Positions 7,713-14,793 are shown, numbered from the stretch's first letter. The stretch: DNA of 19,426 nucleotides from an archaeon (GCA_035357435.1 DAOPNM010000011.1:1-19426); one strand, 5' to 3'. The notes: generated by a model not told the origin, from the sequence alone. A program made the numbers and translations.

Positions 7713-8513
7713 ATGGGAGAAGTAATATCTGTAGTTTCTGGAAAAGGTGGTGTTGGAAAAACAACACTTGTTGCAAATGTAAGTATTGCCCTTTCAGAGT
7801 TAGGTTTTTCTGTTTTAATGATTGATGCAGATATTACAATGTCAAATTTAAGTTTATTGATTGGTATTAATAATCCCCCAATTACATTAACTGATGTATT
7901 ACTCGGTTCCGCTTCTGTAAAAGATGCAACATATGATGGCCCTAAAAAAACAAAAATTATTCCTTCTTCTCTTTCTTTATCAAGTTTTCAAAAGATCGAT
8001 TCTGATAAATTAGTTTCTATAGTTAAAGACATAAAAGATCAATATGATTATGTTTTAATTGATTCTCCTGCAGGCATAGAAAAAAATGTAATTTCTTCAA
8101 TGGTTGCTGCTACACAAATATTATTAATTACTGAACCAACATCTCCCTCTGTTGCAGATGTTTTTAAAATAAAAATTATCGCTGAAAGATTAAATTTAAG
8201 AATGTTAGGTGTTATAATTAATAAGGTAAGCAACATCAAAGGAGAAATTCAAGAAAAAGATATTGTAAGAATGTTAGAATTACCATGTTATGGTAAAATA
8301 CCATATACAGAAGATATTAGAGAATCATTTTTATTACAAAAAATAGAACCTGTGATTATACACAAACCAACAAGTGTTTCAGCAGAGGCATTTAGAGCAA
8401 TTGCAAGAAGAATTTCAGGAAAAGAAGTGCAGGTTGTTCAAAGTAAAGAAAGAAAAGGAATTTTTTCCTTATTTTTAAAATTATTTTCTAAAAATAAAAA
8501 AATAAAAAGGTGA
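7713..8513 (+). CDS. minD: MinD/ParA-family P-loop ATPase (archaeal MinD-like)
   Basis: Deviant Walker A with signature lysine in VISVVSGKGGVGKTTLVAN, followed by VLMIDADI and Walker B YVLIDSPAG. The C-terminal amphipathic tail is GIFSLFLKLFSKNKKIKR. The track starts at GTG 7683. I prefer ATG 7713 (MGEVISVVSGKGG), as in other MinD proteins; ATG 7704 is also possible. Confidence 0.85.
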   Translation: MGEVISVVSGKGGVGKTTLVANVSIALSELGFSVLMIDADITMSNLSLLIGINNPPITLTDVLLGSASVKDATYDGPKKTKIIPSSLSLSSFQKIDSDKLVSIVKDIKDQYDYVLIDSPAGIEKNVISSMVAATQILLITEPTSPSVADVFKIKIIAERLNLRMLGVIINKVSNIKGEIQEKDIVRMLELPCYGKIPYTEDIRESFLLQKIEPVIIHKPTSVSAEAFRAIARRISGKEVQVVQSKERKGIFSLFLKLFSKNKKIKR

Positions 8514-8517
8514 ATAT

Positions 8518-8751
8518 ATGGAACAAGAGTTAAAAATAACAAGACCATTCGATATGCTAAATAATGCATTAAATAAACAAGTATTAGTCTTTTTAAAAGA
8601 CAATATTCAAGTAAGAGGATTACTAAAATCTTTTGATGTACATATGAATATTGTCTTAGAAGACGCAGAAGAATTAAAAGATGGCAAATCTAAAACAAAA
8701 TATATAGAGATTCTATTAAGAGGAGACAATATTGTTTGGATCGCTGTATAA
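8518..8751 (+). CDS. Sm-like archaeal protein (SmAP/LSm)
   Basis: Sm1 motif VLVFLKDNIQVRGLLKSFDVHMNIVLEDAEE and Sm2 motif ILLRGDNIVWI. 77 aa. Shine-Dalgarno GGTGA lies 5 nt upstream and contains the minD stop codon. Confidence 0.9.
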   Translation: MEQELKITRPFDMLNNALNKQVLVFLKDNIQVRGLLKSFDVHMNIVLEDAEELKDGKSKTKYIEILLRGDNIVWIAV

Positions 8752-8776
8752 TTTTTAGTTTTAAAAATTGGGTTAT

Positions 8777-9448
8777 ATGACATTTTTGTTTTTTGAGATA
8801 TATTCTGGAAAATCCATGGGAAATGGGGCGATTACACAAAATTCTGCAAAACTATTTTTTTCTAAACAATCATTTGTTTTTTTTTTAAAAATAGGTTTAA
8901 TTTGTGTTTTATTAGCTATCCTTTTTTTTGTAATAATCCCAAAAATAAGGAAACATCCACAAAGGATGTTTCTTAAATATAAATCTATTCGTAAAAAATT
9001 ATTTAAATTAGATGATGATTTTAGAGCAAAAAAATTAACACCTGTACAATATTCTAATCTTCAAACAAAATATTTAACAGAACATGAACGACTTGCAACA
9101 ATTCTTTCTAAATATCCAGAATATTTAGAAAAACTTGCAGAACTTAAAAAAGAAGAAAATGGTTTCAAAGTTTCTTTTTCTGAGAATGCTGTAATGAACG
9201 ATTTGGAAGAAGATGTCGATAACCAAATTAGTTTATTATATAATTTATTATTACCACAGGCAAAATATTATTCTGAAGAAGAAATTAAACAAGCTGTTTT
9301 GGATGAAGGGTTTTCAGAGCAAGTTGCAGATAAAGTTATAAACATGATGAAAAATAAGAATGTTCAATTTGGTGTACAAGATAGAGTATCAGAACCACCA
9401 CTTTCTAGGTTTTTCAATAATTTATTTTCTAAGTTAAAAAAGAAATAA
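8777..9448 (+). CDS. Hypothetical N-terminally membrane-anchored protein
   Basis: One clear TM segment (FVFFLKIGLICVLLAILFFVIIP), followed by KIRKHPQR and a charged, probably helical cytoplasmic region. The start is uncertain: TTG 8768 in the track, ATG 8777 or ATG 8816. Confidence 0.6.
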   Translation: MTFLFFEIYSGKSMGNGAITQNSAKLFFSKQSFVFFLKIGLICVLLAILFFVIIPKIRKHPQRMFLKYKSIRKKLFKLDDDFRAKKLTPVQYSNLQTKYLTEHERLATILSKYPEYLEKLAELKKEENGFKVSFSENAVMNDLEEDVDNQISLLYNLLLPQAKYYSEEEIKQAVLDEGFSEQVADKVINMMKNKNVQFGVQDRVSEPPLSRFFNNLFSKLKKK

Positions 9449-9450
9449 CT

Positions 9451-9606
9451 TTAATCTTTTCCAGAATTTATTAAGAAAATTATTCCTAAAATTATTAATA
9501 TTAATCCTAAATATACATTTAATTTACTTAATGCACCTGGCAATTCTGGGATATATAATCCAATACCAATTCCTAATAAAATTCCTGCTGCAAGTTGTCT
9601 TGCCAT
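9451..9606 (-). CDS. Candidate small (51 aa) two-TM membrane protein, not in the supplied ORF track
   Basis: The reverse-strand ORF runs from ATG 9606 to TAA 9451. It translates to MARQLAAGILLGIGIGLYIPELPGALSKLNVYLGLILIILGIIFLINSGKD, two hydrophobic Gly-rich helices joined by a PELPG turn. Its codon content is less AT-biased than the flanks. It fills much of an otherwise atypically long ~320-nt gap in a very compact region. Confidence 0.4.
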   Translation of the reverse strand: MARQLAAGILLGIGIGLYIPELPGALSKLNVYLGLILIILGIIFLINSGKD

Positions 9607-9770
9607 TTTTTCACCAATTATTATAATATTATATAGTTTAAATATTGTTATATAGATTCATTTTTAAACATATTTTTTATTTTATAAAATGCCTATGTTT
9701 TTATACTTAACTAAAGATATTTTATTTATATAAACACAAATAGTTTTATATTGTAAGAAGGAGATAAGAT

Positions 9771-10601
9771 ATGCCGACACCTCGTGAATTGCCGAAATAT
9801 GAAAAAAAGGCTGAAAAAAGGAGAATTTTAGAAAAAGCTGTATTTGAACATAAAGGAACAAAAAGACCATTATCTTTTGAAGAAAATGTTTTGTTTTTGT
9901 TAAAATCTATAGATATGAATTCTGGAAAATATAAAGGCGAAAAATTAGAATTGTCAAATGCCGAAAAAAAAGAGATTGCTTTTTTAATAAAAAAAAATCC
10001 AGAAAAGTTTATAGAAATTACAAAGCCTAGATTGGAAATTATCTTTAAATCATTTGGTAGTGATGCTAAGTTTTTTGCAGAATATTTAGGGAAAGATGTA
10101 GAATATTTTGTTAAAGGTTTAGATAAAAACATTAAATATTTTATTACTGGTTTAGGTAATAATATAAGTTATTTTGTAGAAGGTATGGGCAAAAATATAG
10201 AGTTTTTTGCAAAAGGTTTAAGTAATAATGCAAAATATTTTGCAGAGGGCTTGCGTAATTATTCTGAATTTTTTTCTAGAAGTCTAGGTGTTAATGTAGA
10301 GTTTTTTGCAAGGGGTTTAGGCAAGAATGCAGGCTCTTTTGCAAGTGGCTTAGGTAGATTTGCAGAATTTTTTGCAAGGGGTTTAGGCAAGAATGCAGGT
10401 TCTTTTGCAAGAGGTTTAGGCAAGAATGCAGTTTTATTTGCTAGAGAGTTACATAATTTTTCTGAATATTTTATTTTAGGTTTAGGGGAAAACTTTTCTT
10501 CTTTTCTTGATAATTTAAACGGATATAAATCTGATTTTATTAATGTATTGAATGAAGAGTTGGGCCCTCAAAAAGTTAAAAAATTATTAAAGTTGAATTA
10601 A
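9771..10601 (+). CDS. Hypothetical protein with 14 tandem 11-residue repeats (consensus x-E/K-Y/F-F-A-x-G-L-G-K-N)
   Basis: 276-aa ORF with a strong Shine-Dalgarno (AAGGAGA) 7 nt upstream of the ATG. The charged N-terminal ~98 aa have no signal peptide or TM segment. The repeat array follows (see the repeat feature). An oligo-T tract lies downstream. Confidence 0.8.
   Translation: MPTPRELPKYEKKAEKRRILEKAVFEHKGTKRPLSFEENVLFLLKSIDMNSGKYKGEKLELSNAEKKEIAFLIKKNPEKFIEITKPRLEIIFKSFGSDAKFFAEYLGKDVEYFVKGLDKNIKYFITGLGNNISYFVEGMGKNIEFFAKGLSNNAKYFAEGLRNYSEFFSRSLGVNVEFFARGLGKNAGSFASGLGRFAEFFARGLGKNAGSFARGLGKNAVLFARELHNFSEYFILGLGENFSSFLDNLNGYKSDFINVLNEELGPQKVKKLLKLN
10065..10526 (+). repeat. In-frame tandem repeat, 14 units of 33 nt (11 codons)
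   Basis: The units are AKFFAEYLGKD, VEYFVKGLDKN, IKYFITGLGNN, ISYFVEGMGKN, IEFFAKGLSNN, AKYFAEGLRNY, SEFFSRSLGVN, VEFFARGLGKN, AGSFASGLGRF, AEFFARGLGKN, AGSFARGLGKN, AVLFARELHNF, SEYFILGLGEN and FSSFLDNLNGY. A perfect 32-nt copy TTTTTTGCAAGGGGTTTAGGCAAGAATGCAGG occurs at 10302-10333 and again at 10368-10399. Confidence 0.92.
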
Positions 10602-10620
10602 ACATTATTGTTTACTGTTC

Positions 10621-10645
10621 TTTTCTTTTTTTTTATTGTTTTTTT
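10621..10645 (+). terminator. Oligo-T tracts, candidate archaeal terminator after the repeat-protein gene
   Basis: TTTTCTTTTTTTTTATTGTTTTTTT begins 20 nt after the stop codon. Archaeal RNA polymerase terminates at oligo-T runs. The AT-rich background lowers specificity. Confidence 0.3.
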
Positions 10646-10872
10646 ATATGTTGTTCTATAAGGCATTGGTATTTTATTGTTTGTTGTAATTGCCTTTTTT
10701 TAATATGACTTTCTTGTTAGTTATTATATTAATATTTCAGATATCCTTTTTTTGAATTTTTAAATGAGGGATAATTATCTATTTGTTTGTATATAATTAG
10801 ATTCTTTCTGTTGTTTTTTTTATTTTATTTAAATCATAATAAATAAAAGCATTTAGTATCTATGATTATTAT

Positions 10873-11544
10873 ATGTTTTCCAATTTAGTATTTGGGTTGT
10901 ATGATGTATTAATTAAAGGGAAATTAGAAAAAGATATTGATAATTCTTATCTTTCTTCTCTTAGTGATTTTGCAAAAGAAAATCACAAGGAATTATTTTT
11001 AATAAGTGGGTTACATGAAGATGTTAATCAAGATGTGTTGCATCAAAATAATTTAGATAATTTTTTTAAACAAGAAAATATTTTTTGTGTAAATGGTGAT
11101 TATCTTAAATCTTTGAATGAAATTGATCAGCAATTAAGGGAAGAAAATTATAGTAAAAATAAATATTATGTTGACGATTATTTTAAAATTTATTTATTTA
11201 ATCAAAAACCAGAATTATTTTCTCCACAAAACACATTATATGTTGGACACGATATTTGGACTGATGCATTTTATTTGAGACGATTTACAAAAATCAATTT
11301 TGTTCTTTTAAATCAAACCATTTCAAATAATGGTAAACCATTTGAAAGGGCAATAAAATATTCACATATTATAGATCCTTCTTTTGAGGTTTTTAAAAAT
11401 TATTTGAGTGTTCCACATGTTTTTGATTATTCTTTTTTAGATTCTTATATTAATACAACATTACAGAAAAATGTAATTGGTCTTTTAGATTTAAGTAATT
11501 TAGATTTATCTAAATTGGTAAAAAAGAAAAATCCAGAATTATGA
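10873..11544 (+). CDS. HAD-superfamily-like protein lacking the catalytic aspartates (probable pseudo-enzyme)
   Basis: The motif I position reads LVFGLYDVLI, where canonical HAD proteins have hhhFDLDGVLI. Motif II-like is LFLISG. The motif III/IV region is NQKPELFSPQNTLYVGHDIWTDAFYLRRF, compared with the canonical KP-P..F....VGDS..DI.AA..AG. The gene's TGA overlaps the enolase ATG (ATGA). Confidence 0.5.
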   Translation: MFSNLVFGLYDVLIKGKLEKDIDNSYLSSLSDFAKENHKELFLISGLHEDVNQDVLHQNNLDNFFKQENIFCVNGDYLKSLNEIDQQLREENYSKNKYYVDDYFKIYLFNQKPELFSPQNTLYVGHDIWTDAFYLRRFTKINFVLLNQTISNNGKPFERAIKYSHIIDPSFEVFKNYLSVPHVFDYSFLDSYINTTLQKNVIGLLDLSNLDLSKLVKKKNPEL

Positions 11545-12791
11545 ATTTTATGATTATAAAGAAAGTAAAAGCAATTAGAATTATTGATTCTAGAGGTTAT
11601 CCTACTCTCAAAGTGTTTCTTTGGGGAAATAGATCTTTTGGTTGGGCATGTGTGCCATCTGGTACAAGTACCGGAAAGAATGAAGTTTTTGAGTTAAGAG
11701 ATAAAACAAAAAAAGATTTTTTTGGAAATGATGTTTCTCATGCAATTAATAATGTAAATAAAGTTATTTCCAAATCAATTGTTGGCAAATCATTTTCTAC
11801 ACAACAAGAATTAGATTCTTTTTTGTGTAGATTAGATGGGACCCCAAATAAATCAAAATTAGGCGGGAATGCAATACTAGGTGTAAGTTTAGCATATGCA
11901 CGTGCTTCTTCAGTTGATTTAGATGTACCATTATGGAAATATGTGTCTAATTTAAATAATACACAAAAGCATAACTTTCCATTGCCAATTTTAAATATAA
12001 TAAATGGTGGCGTTCATGCAGGGAATAGTCTACCATTTCAGGAATTTCAGATTATTCCAAATGGGAAAACATTTACAAAAAATATGCAATTGTCTTTAGA
12101 AGTATATCATAAATTAAAAGAAATACTTTCAAAAAAATGTGGTGTTTTTTCAACAAATGTAGGGTATGAAGGTGGTTATTCTCCACAACTTTCTTCGCCA
12201 GAACTGGCTTTAGATTATATACAAGATGCAATTGATAGTTGTGGATATGCAAAAAAGATTAGTTTGGGTTTAGATTGTGCTTCTAATTCTTTTTATAATC
12301 CAAAATTATGCAAATATATTTTAAATAATAAAAAATATTCTTCAGAAATGTTATTTGATTATTATTGTAAACTTTTTTCTGAATATAAATTAATATCAAT
12401 AGAAGACCCATTTAATGAAAATGATAAAGAAACATGGAAATTATTGTCTCACGTGTTTTCTAAAAAAATAAATATTATTGGAGATGATCTTTTAACTACC
12501 AATCCAAAATTGATTATTGATGCTGTTCAAAATAATTACTGTAATTCATTATTAATAAAACCAAATCAAATAGGCACATTAGCAGAAACAATAACTGCCT
12601 TTTCTATTGCAAAAAATGCAAATTGGAATACTATTTTATCACATAGATCAGGAGATACAGAAGATACATTTGTTTCTGATTTAGCATATGGTTTAAATTG
12701 TAATTATGTTAAATTTGGGGCCCCATGCAGAAGTGAGAGAACTTCTAAATACAATAGATTGTTAGAAATAGAATCTTTTGATAATATTTAA
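11541..12791 (+). CDS. eno: Enolase (2-phosphoglycerate dehydratase)
   Basis: Motifs present: IIDSRGYPTLKV, VPSGTSTGKNEVFELRD, GGNAILGVSLAYARA, INGGVHAGNSLPFQEFQIIP, VGYEGGY, LGLDCAS, SIEDPFNEND, IGDDLLTTNP, LLIKPNQIGTLAE, SHRSGDTEDTFVSDLA and KFGAPCRSERTSKYNRLLEIE. All metal-binding and catalytic positions I can place are present. Confidence 0.93.
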   Translation: MNFMIIKKVKAIRIIDSRGYPTLKVFLWGNRSFGWACVPSGTSTGKNEVFELRDKTKKDFFGNDVSHAINNVNKVISKSIVGKSFSTQQELDSFLCRLDGTPNKSKLGGNAILGVSLAYARASSVDLDVPLWKYVSNLNNTQKHNFPLPILNIINGGVHAGNSLPFQEFQIIPNGKTFTKNMQLSLEVYHKLKEILSKKCGVFSTNVGYEGGYSPQLSSPELALDYIQDAIDSCGYAKKISLGLDCASNSFYNPKLCKYILNNKKYSSEMLFDYYCKLFSEYKLISIEDPFNENDKETWKLLSHVFSKKINIIGDDLLTTNPKLIIDAVQNNYCNSLLIKPNQIGTLAETITAFSIAKNANWNTILSHRSGDTEDTFVSDLAYGLNCNYVKFGAPCRSERTSKYNRLLEIESFDNI

Positions 12792-12833
12792 ATTTAATTA
12801 AAAAAAGAGAAAAAGAGAAAAATAAATAATAAT

Positions 12834-13001
12834 TTATTTTTTCTTAACCATTGGTAAACCAGTTTTTTTATTTTCAATAATTGTGTATCCTGCAGGCAAA
12901 TCTATTGCACCTTTTGGGTCACCAGAAAAATATGTTAAATGCCCTTTTTGATGTAAATAATACATTTTTCCGCTTTTTTTACTTTTTACAGAACAAACCA
13001 T
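12834..13001 (-). CDS. Small basic hypothetical protein (55 aa)
   Basis: Translation is MVCSVKSKKSGKMYYLHQKGHLTYFSGDPKGAIDLPAGYTIIENKKTGLPMVKKK. A very strong Shine-Dalgarno AGGAGGAG ends 7 nt upstream of ATG 13001. The track's longer form (to 13094) adds an AT-driven low-complexity N-terminus and would place this Shine-Dalgarno inside the CDS. Confidence 0.6.
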   Translation of the reverse strand: MVCSVKSKKSGKMYYLHQKGHLTYFSGDPKGAIDLPAGYTIIENKKTGLPMVKKK

Positions 13002-13226
13002 TTTTATCTCCTCCTTTTTATTAGTGATGTTTATGTTATTATAAAAATAAATATAATAATTAGATATAAGATATATGGTTACCTTTTTAAACATTTCTTA
13101 TTTATCTATATTTATATGTTTAATTATTGAATTATTATTTAATGTTATATATTTATAAACATATTTAATCATTAAATATTTACTTAATTAAAAATTAATT
13201 TATTAAAATTAAAAAAAGGTAATTTT

Positions 13227-14075
13227 ATGCCAAGAGATGAAGATTTTGATGCAGATAGTTCTTCACCTGCAAAAGGTGGTGGAAATAAATTTAATGCAAA
13301 GGTAGTTATACCTATTATAATCGTTTTAGTTCTTGTTGTTTTTGTACTTATACAAATGGATGTATTTACAAACATGTCAACTGAGCAAATGATGGTAAAA
13401 AAAGGAGCTACTGTTCTTGTTATTGGTGCACCTTCCCCATATCTTTTGACAGAATTGACTAATGTTGAAAATAAAGATTTGGTTTCACAAGTAAGAGTGT
13501 TAACACCACAAGATTTGAGATATAATCCAAATGCAATATTGAAACAGTATGATATAATTATATTAGATCAAACAATGTCTTCTTCTCAAGCAGTTACAAG
13601 ACAACTTGCAAATGCAATTAAAGACCAAGTAAAGTGGGGTAAAGATTTAATTGTTGTTGGTAATTCTGGGATATATAGAGAAGGTGCAAATGGTTTAATT
13701 GACGTATCTGTTATCGGCTGGAAAGGTAATTTTGGAAATTTAGTTCCTGTAGGTTGTGATAATACAACGTTTGGTGTACCTAGTTGCTTAGATGCAATGA
13801 ATGTTAATGGTAGAATTATTGCTAGGAATGCAGATCATCCAATTATGTTAGGAATCCAAAAAGTACCTGCTTTAGATATTAATCCACCACTTAAAGCAAC
13901 AGTTTATCCTGTACAAATTGAAGGAAAAGAAATTGCAATGTTTCAAGATATTAAAGGACACACATATCCTGGAATTGTAGAAAAAACTTTTTTATTAGGT
14001 AAAGTTATTTATTTTAATTATGATCCTGGTTTAGCACCAGCAGTATTTGAAAACACATTGAATTATTTACAATAG
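13227..14075 (+). CDS. Hypothetical type-II membrane-anchored protein with an extracytoplasmic alpha/beta domain
   Basis: A short acidic/Gly cytoplasmic tail, then one TM segment (VVIPIIIVLVLVVFVLIQM), then a ~230-aa domain. That domain shows an alternating beta-alpha pattern (TVLVIGAP, YDIIILDQ, DLIVVGNSG, KVIYFNYDPG), reminiscent of flavodoxin-like or GATase1-like folds. No family is recognised with confidence. Confidence 0.65.
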   Translation: MPRDEDFDADSSSPAKGGGNKFNAKVVIPIIIVLVLVVFVLIQMDVFTNMSTEQMMVKKGATVLVIGAPSPYLLTELTNVENKDLVSQVRVLTPQDLRYNPNAILKQYDIIILDQTMSSSQAVTRQLANAIKDQVKWGKDLIVVGNSGIYREGANGLIDVSVIGWKGNFGNLVPVGCDNTTFGVPSCLDAMNVNGRIIARNADHPIMLGIQKVPALDINPPLKATVYPVQIEGKEIAMFQDIKGHTYPGIVEKTFLLGKVIYFNYDPGLAPAVFENTLNYLQ

Positions 14076-14136
14076 ATTAATAGAATTTATGTTTGAGAAA
14101 CCGTTATAACTGCTTTAATGCAGGAGGTAAATTTTT

Positions 14137-14793
14137 ATGGATAAATTAGAAATAACGCGCACTTTGGAAAAACTATATTCTTCTTCAAAAAAAAGAAATT
14201 TTGATGAATCTATAGAACTAATTGTTACATTTAGAGGTTTAAATATAAAGAATAAAGATCATAGATTTGAATATACATTAGATATTCCATATCCTTTTGT
14301 TTCTAAATTACAAACTGTTGCATTTGTAAAAGATAAAAATCTTGCAGAAGGTTTGAAAGGGATTGTTGATAAAATTATTTTTGATGTAGATATACCTAAA
14401 ATTTCTAAAAAAGAAGCAAAGGTTTTAGCGAATACATATGATTTGTTTTTAGCAGAAGGACCTGTAATGCTTGTTGTAGGTAAATATCTTGGTCAGGTTT
14501 TAAGTCCAAGGAGTAAGATGCCTACAATTATCCCACCAAACCCAAATGTTGTAAAAACAATAATTGATTCTTATAGAACAAAAATAAAAATAAGTAATAA
14601 AAAAAACAAATCATCTGTTGCATTACAATTAAAAATAGGAAAAAAAAATCAGTCAATTGACCAAATTGCAGAAAATGTTTTAAAAGTATATAATTCACTT
14701 TTGGAAAAACTTCCTGCAGGTAAGCAAAATATTAAAGAGGTATATTTAAAAACAACAATGAGTACCCCTATGAAGGTTGGTGAAAAACAATGA
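14137..14793 (+). CDS. rpl1: 50S ribosomal protein uL1
   Basis: KKRNFDESIELIVTFRGLNIKNKDHRF...LDIPYPF, then YDLFLAEGPVMLVVGKYLGQVLSPRSKMP, typical of archaeal L1. Shine-Dalgarno GGAGGT lies upstream. The order L1-L10-L12 is conserved. Confidence 0.9.
   Translation: MDKLEITRTLEKLYSSSKKRNFDESIELIVTFRGLNIKNKDHRFEYTLDIPYPFVSKLQTVAFVKDKNLAEGLKGIVDKIIFDVDIPKISKKEAKVLANTYDLFLAEGPVMLVVGKYLGQVLSPRSKMPTIIPPNPNVVKTIIDSYRTKIKISNKKNKSSVALQLKIGKKNQSIDQIAENVLKVYNSLLEKLPAGKQNIKEVYLKTTMSTPMKVGEKQ

Noticed and set aside
8508-8523. 16-nt identity AGGTGAATATATGGAA at the Sm start (8508-8523) and the P1 start (15592-15607)
   Set aside because: Both consist of a GGTGA Shine-Dalgarno, an AT spacer, and ATG GAA. 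Convergence on an optimal initiation region is sufficient, and there is no flanking similarity to suggest a repeat element.
9682-10132. Minus-strand ORFs 9682-9870 and 9746-10132
   Set aside because: They are antisense to the Shine-Dalgarno-led repeat-protein gene. Their apparent length is a by-product of the periodic repeat and AT bias.
10065-10526. Possibility that the 33-nt periodic array is a CRISPR or other non-coding repeat
   Set aside because: The units are contiguous with no spacers and stay in one open reading frame. Their conservation is at the amino-acid level (synonymous differences between units). No cas genes or leader are present.
10602-10872. 271-nt T-rich intergenic region, screened for small ORFs, ncRNA or hairpins (e.g. 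the AAGGCA...TGCCTT stem)
   Set aside because: Only very short ORFs (16 aa or fewer) are present. There is no GC-rich structured island like the tRNA, and the 6-bp stem with a 25-nt loop is weak. It most likely holds terminator and promoter sequence.
13002-13094. N-terminal 31-codon extension of the small basic protein, as given in the track (start 13094)
   Set aside because: The extension (MFKKVTIYLISNYYIYFYNNINITNKKEEIK) is AT-driven low complexity. It would bury the strong AGGAGGAG Shine-Dalgarno inside the CDS, so ATG 13001 is the better start.
14076-14136. L1 autoregulatory mRNA site (23S rRNA mimic) in the leader of the L1 operon
   Set aside because: The leader contains GAGAAAC and a small CTGC/GCAG hairpin next to the GGAGGT Shine-Dalgarno. 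I cannot build a structure resembling the known Methanococcus L1-binding mRNA element, where the order of these elements differs. The evidence is insufficient.
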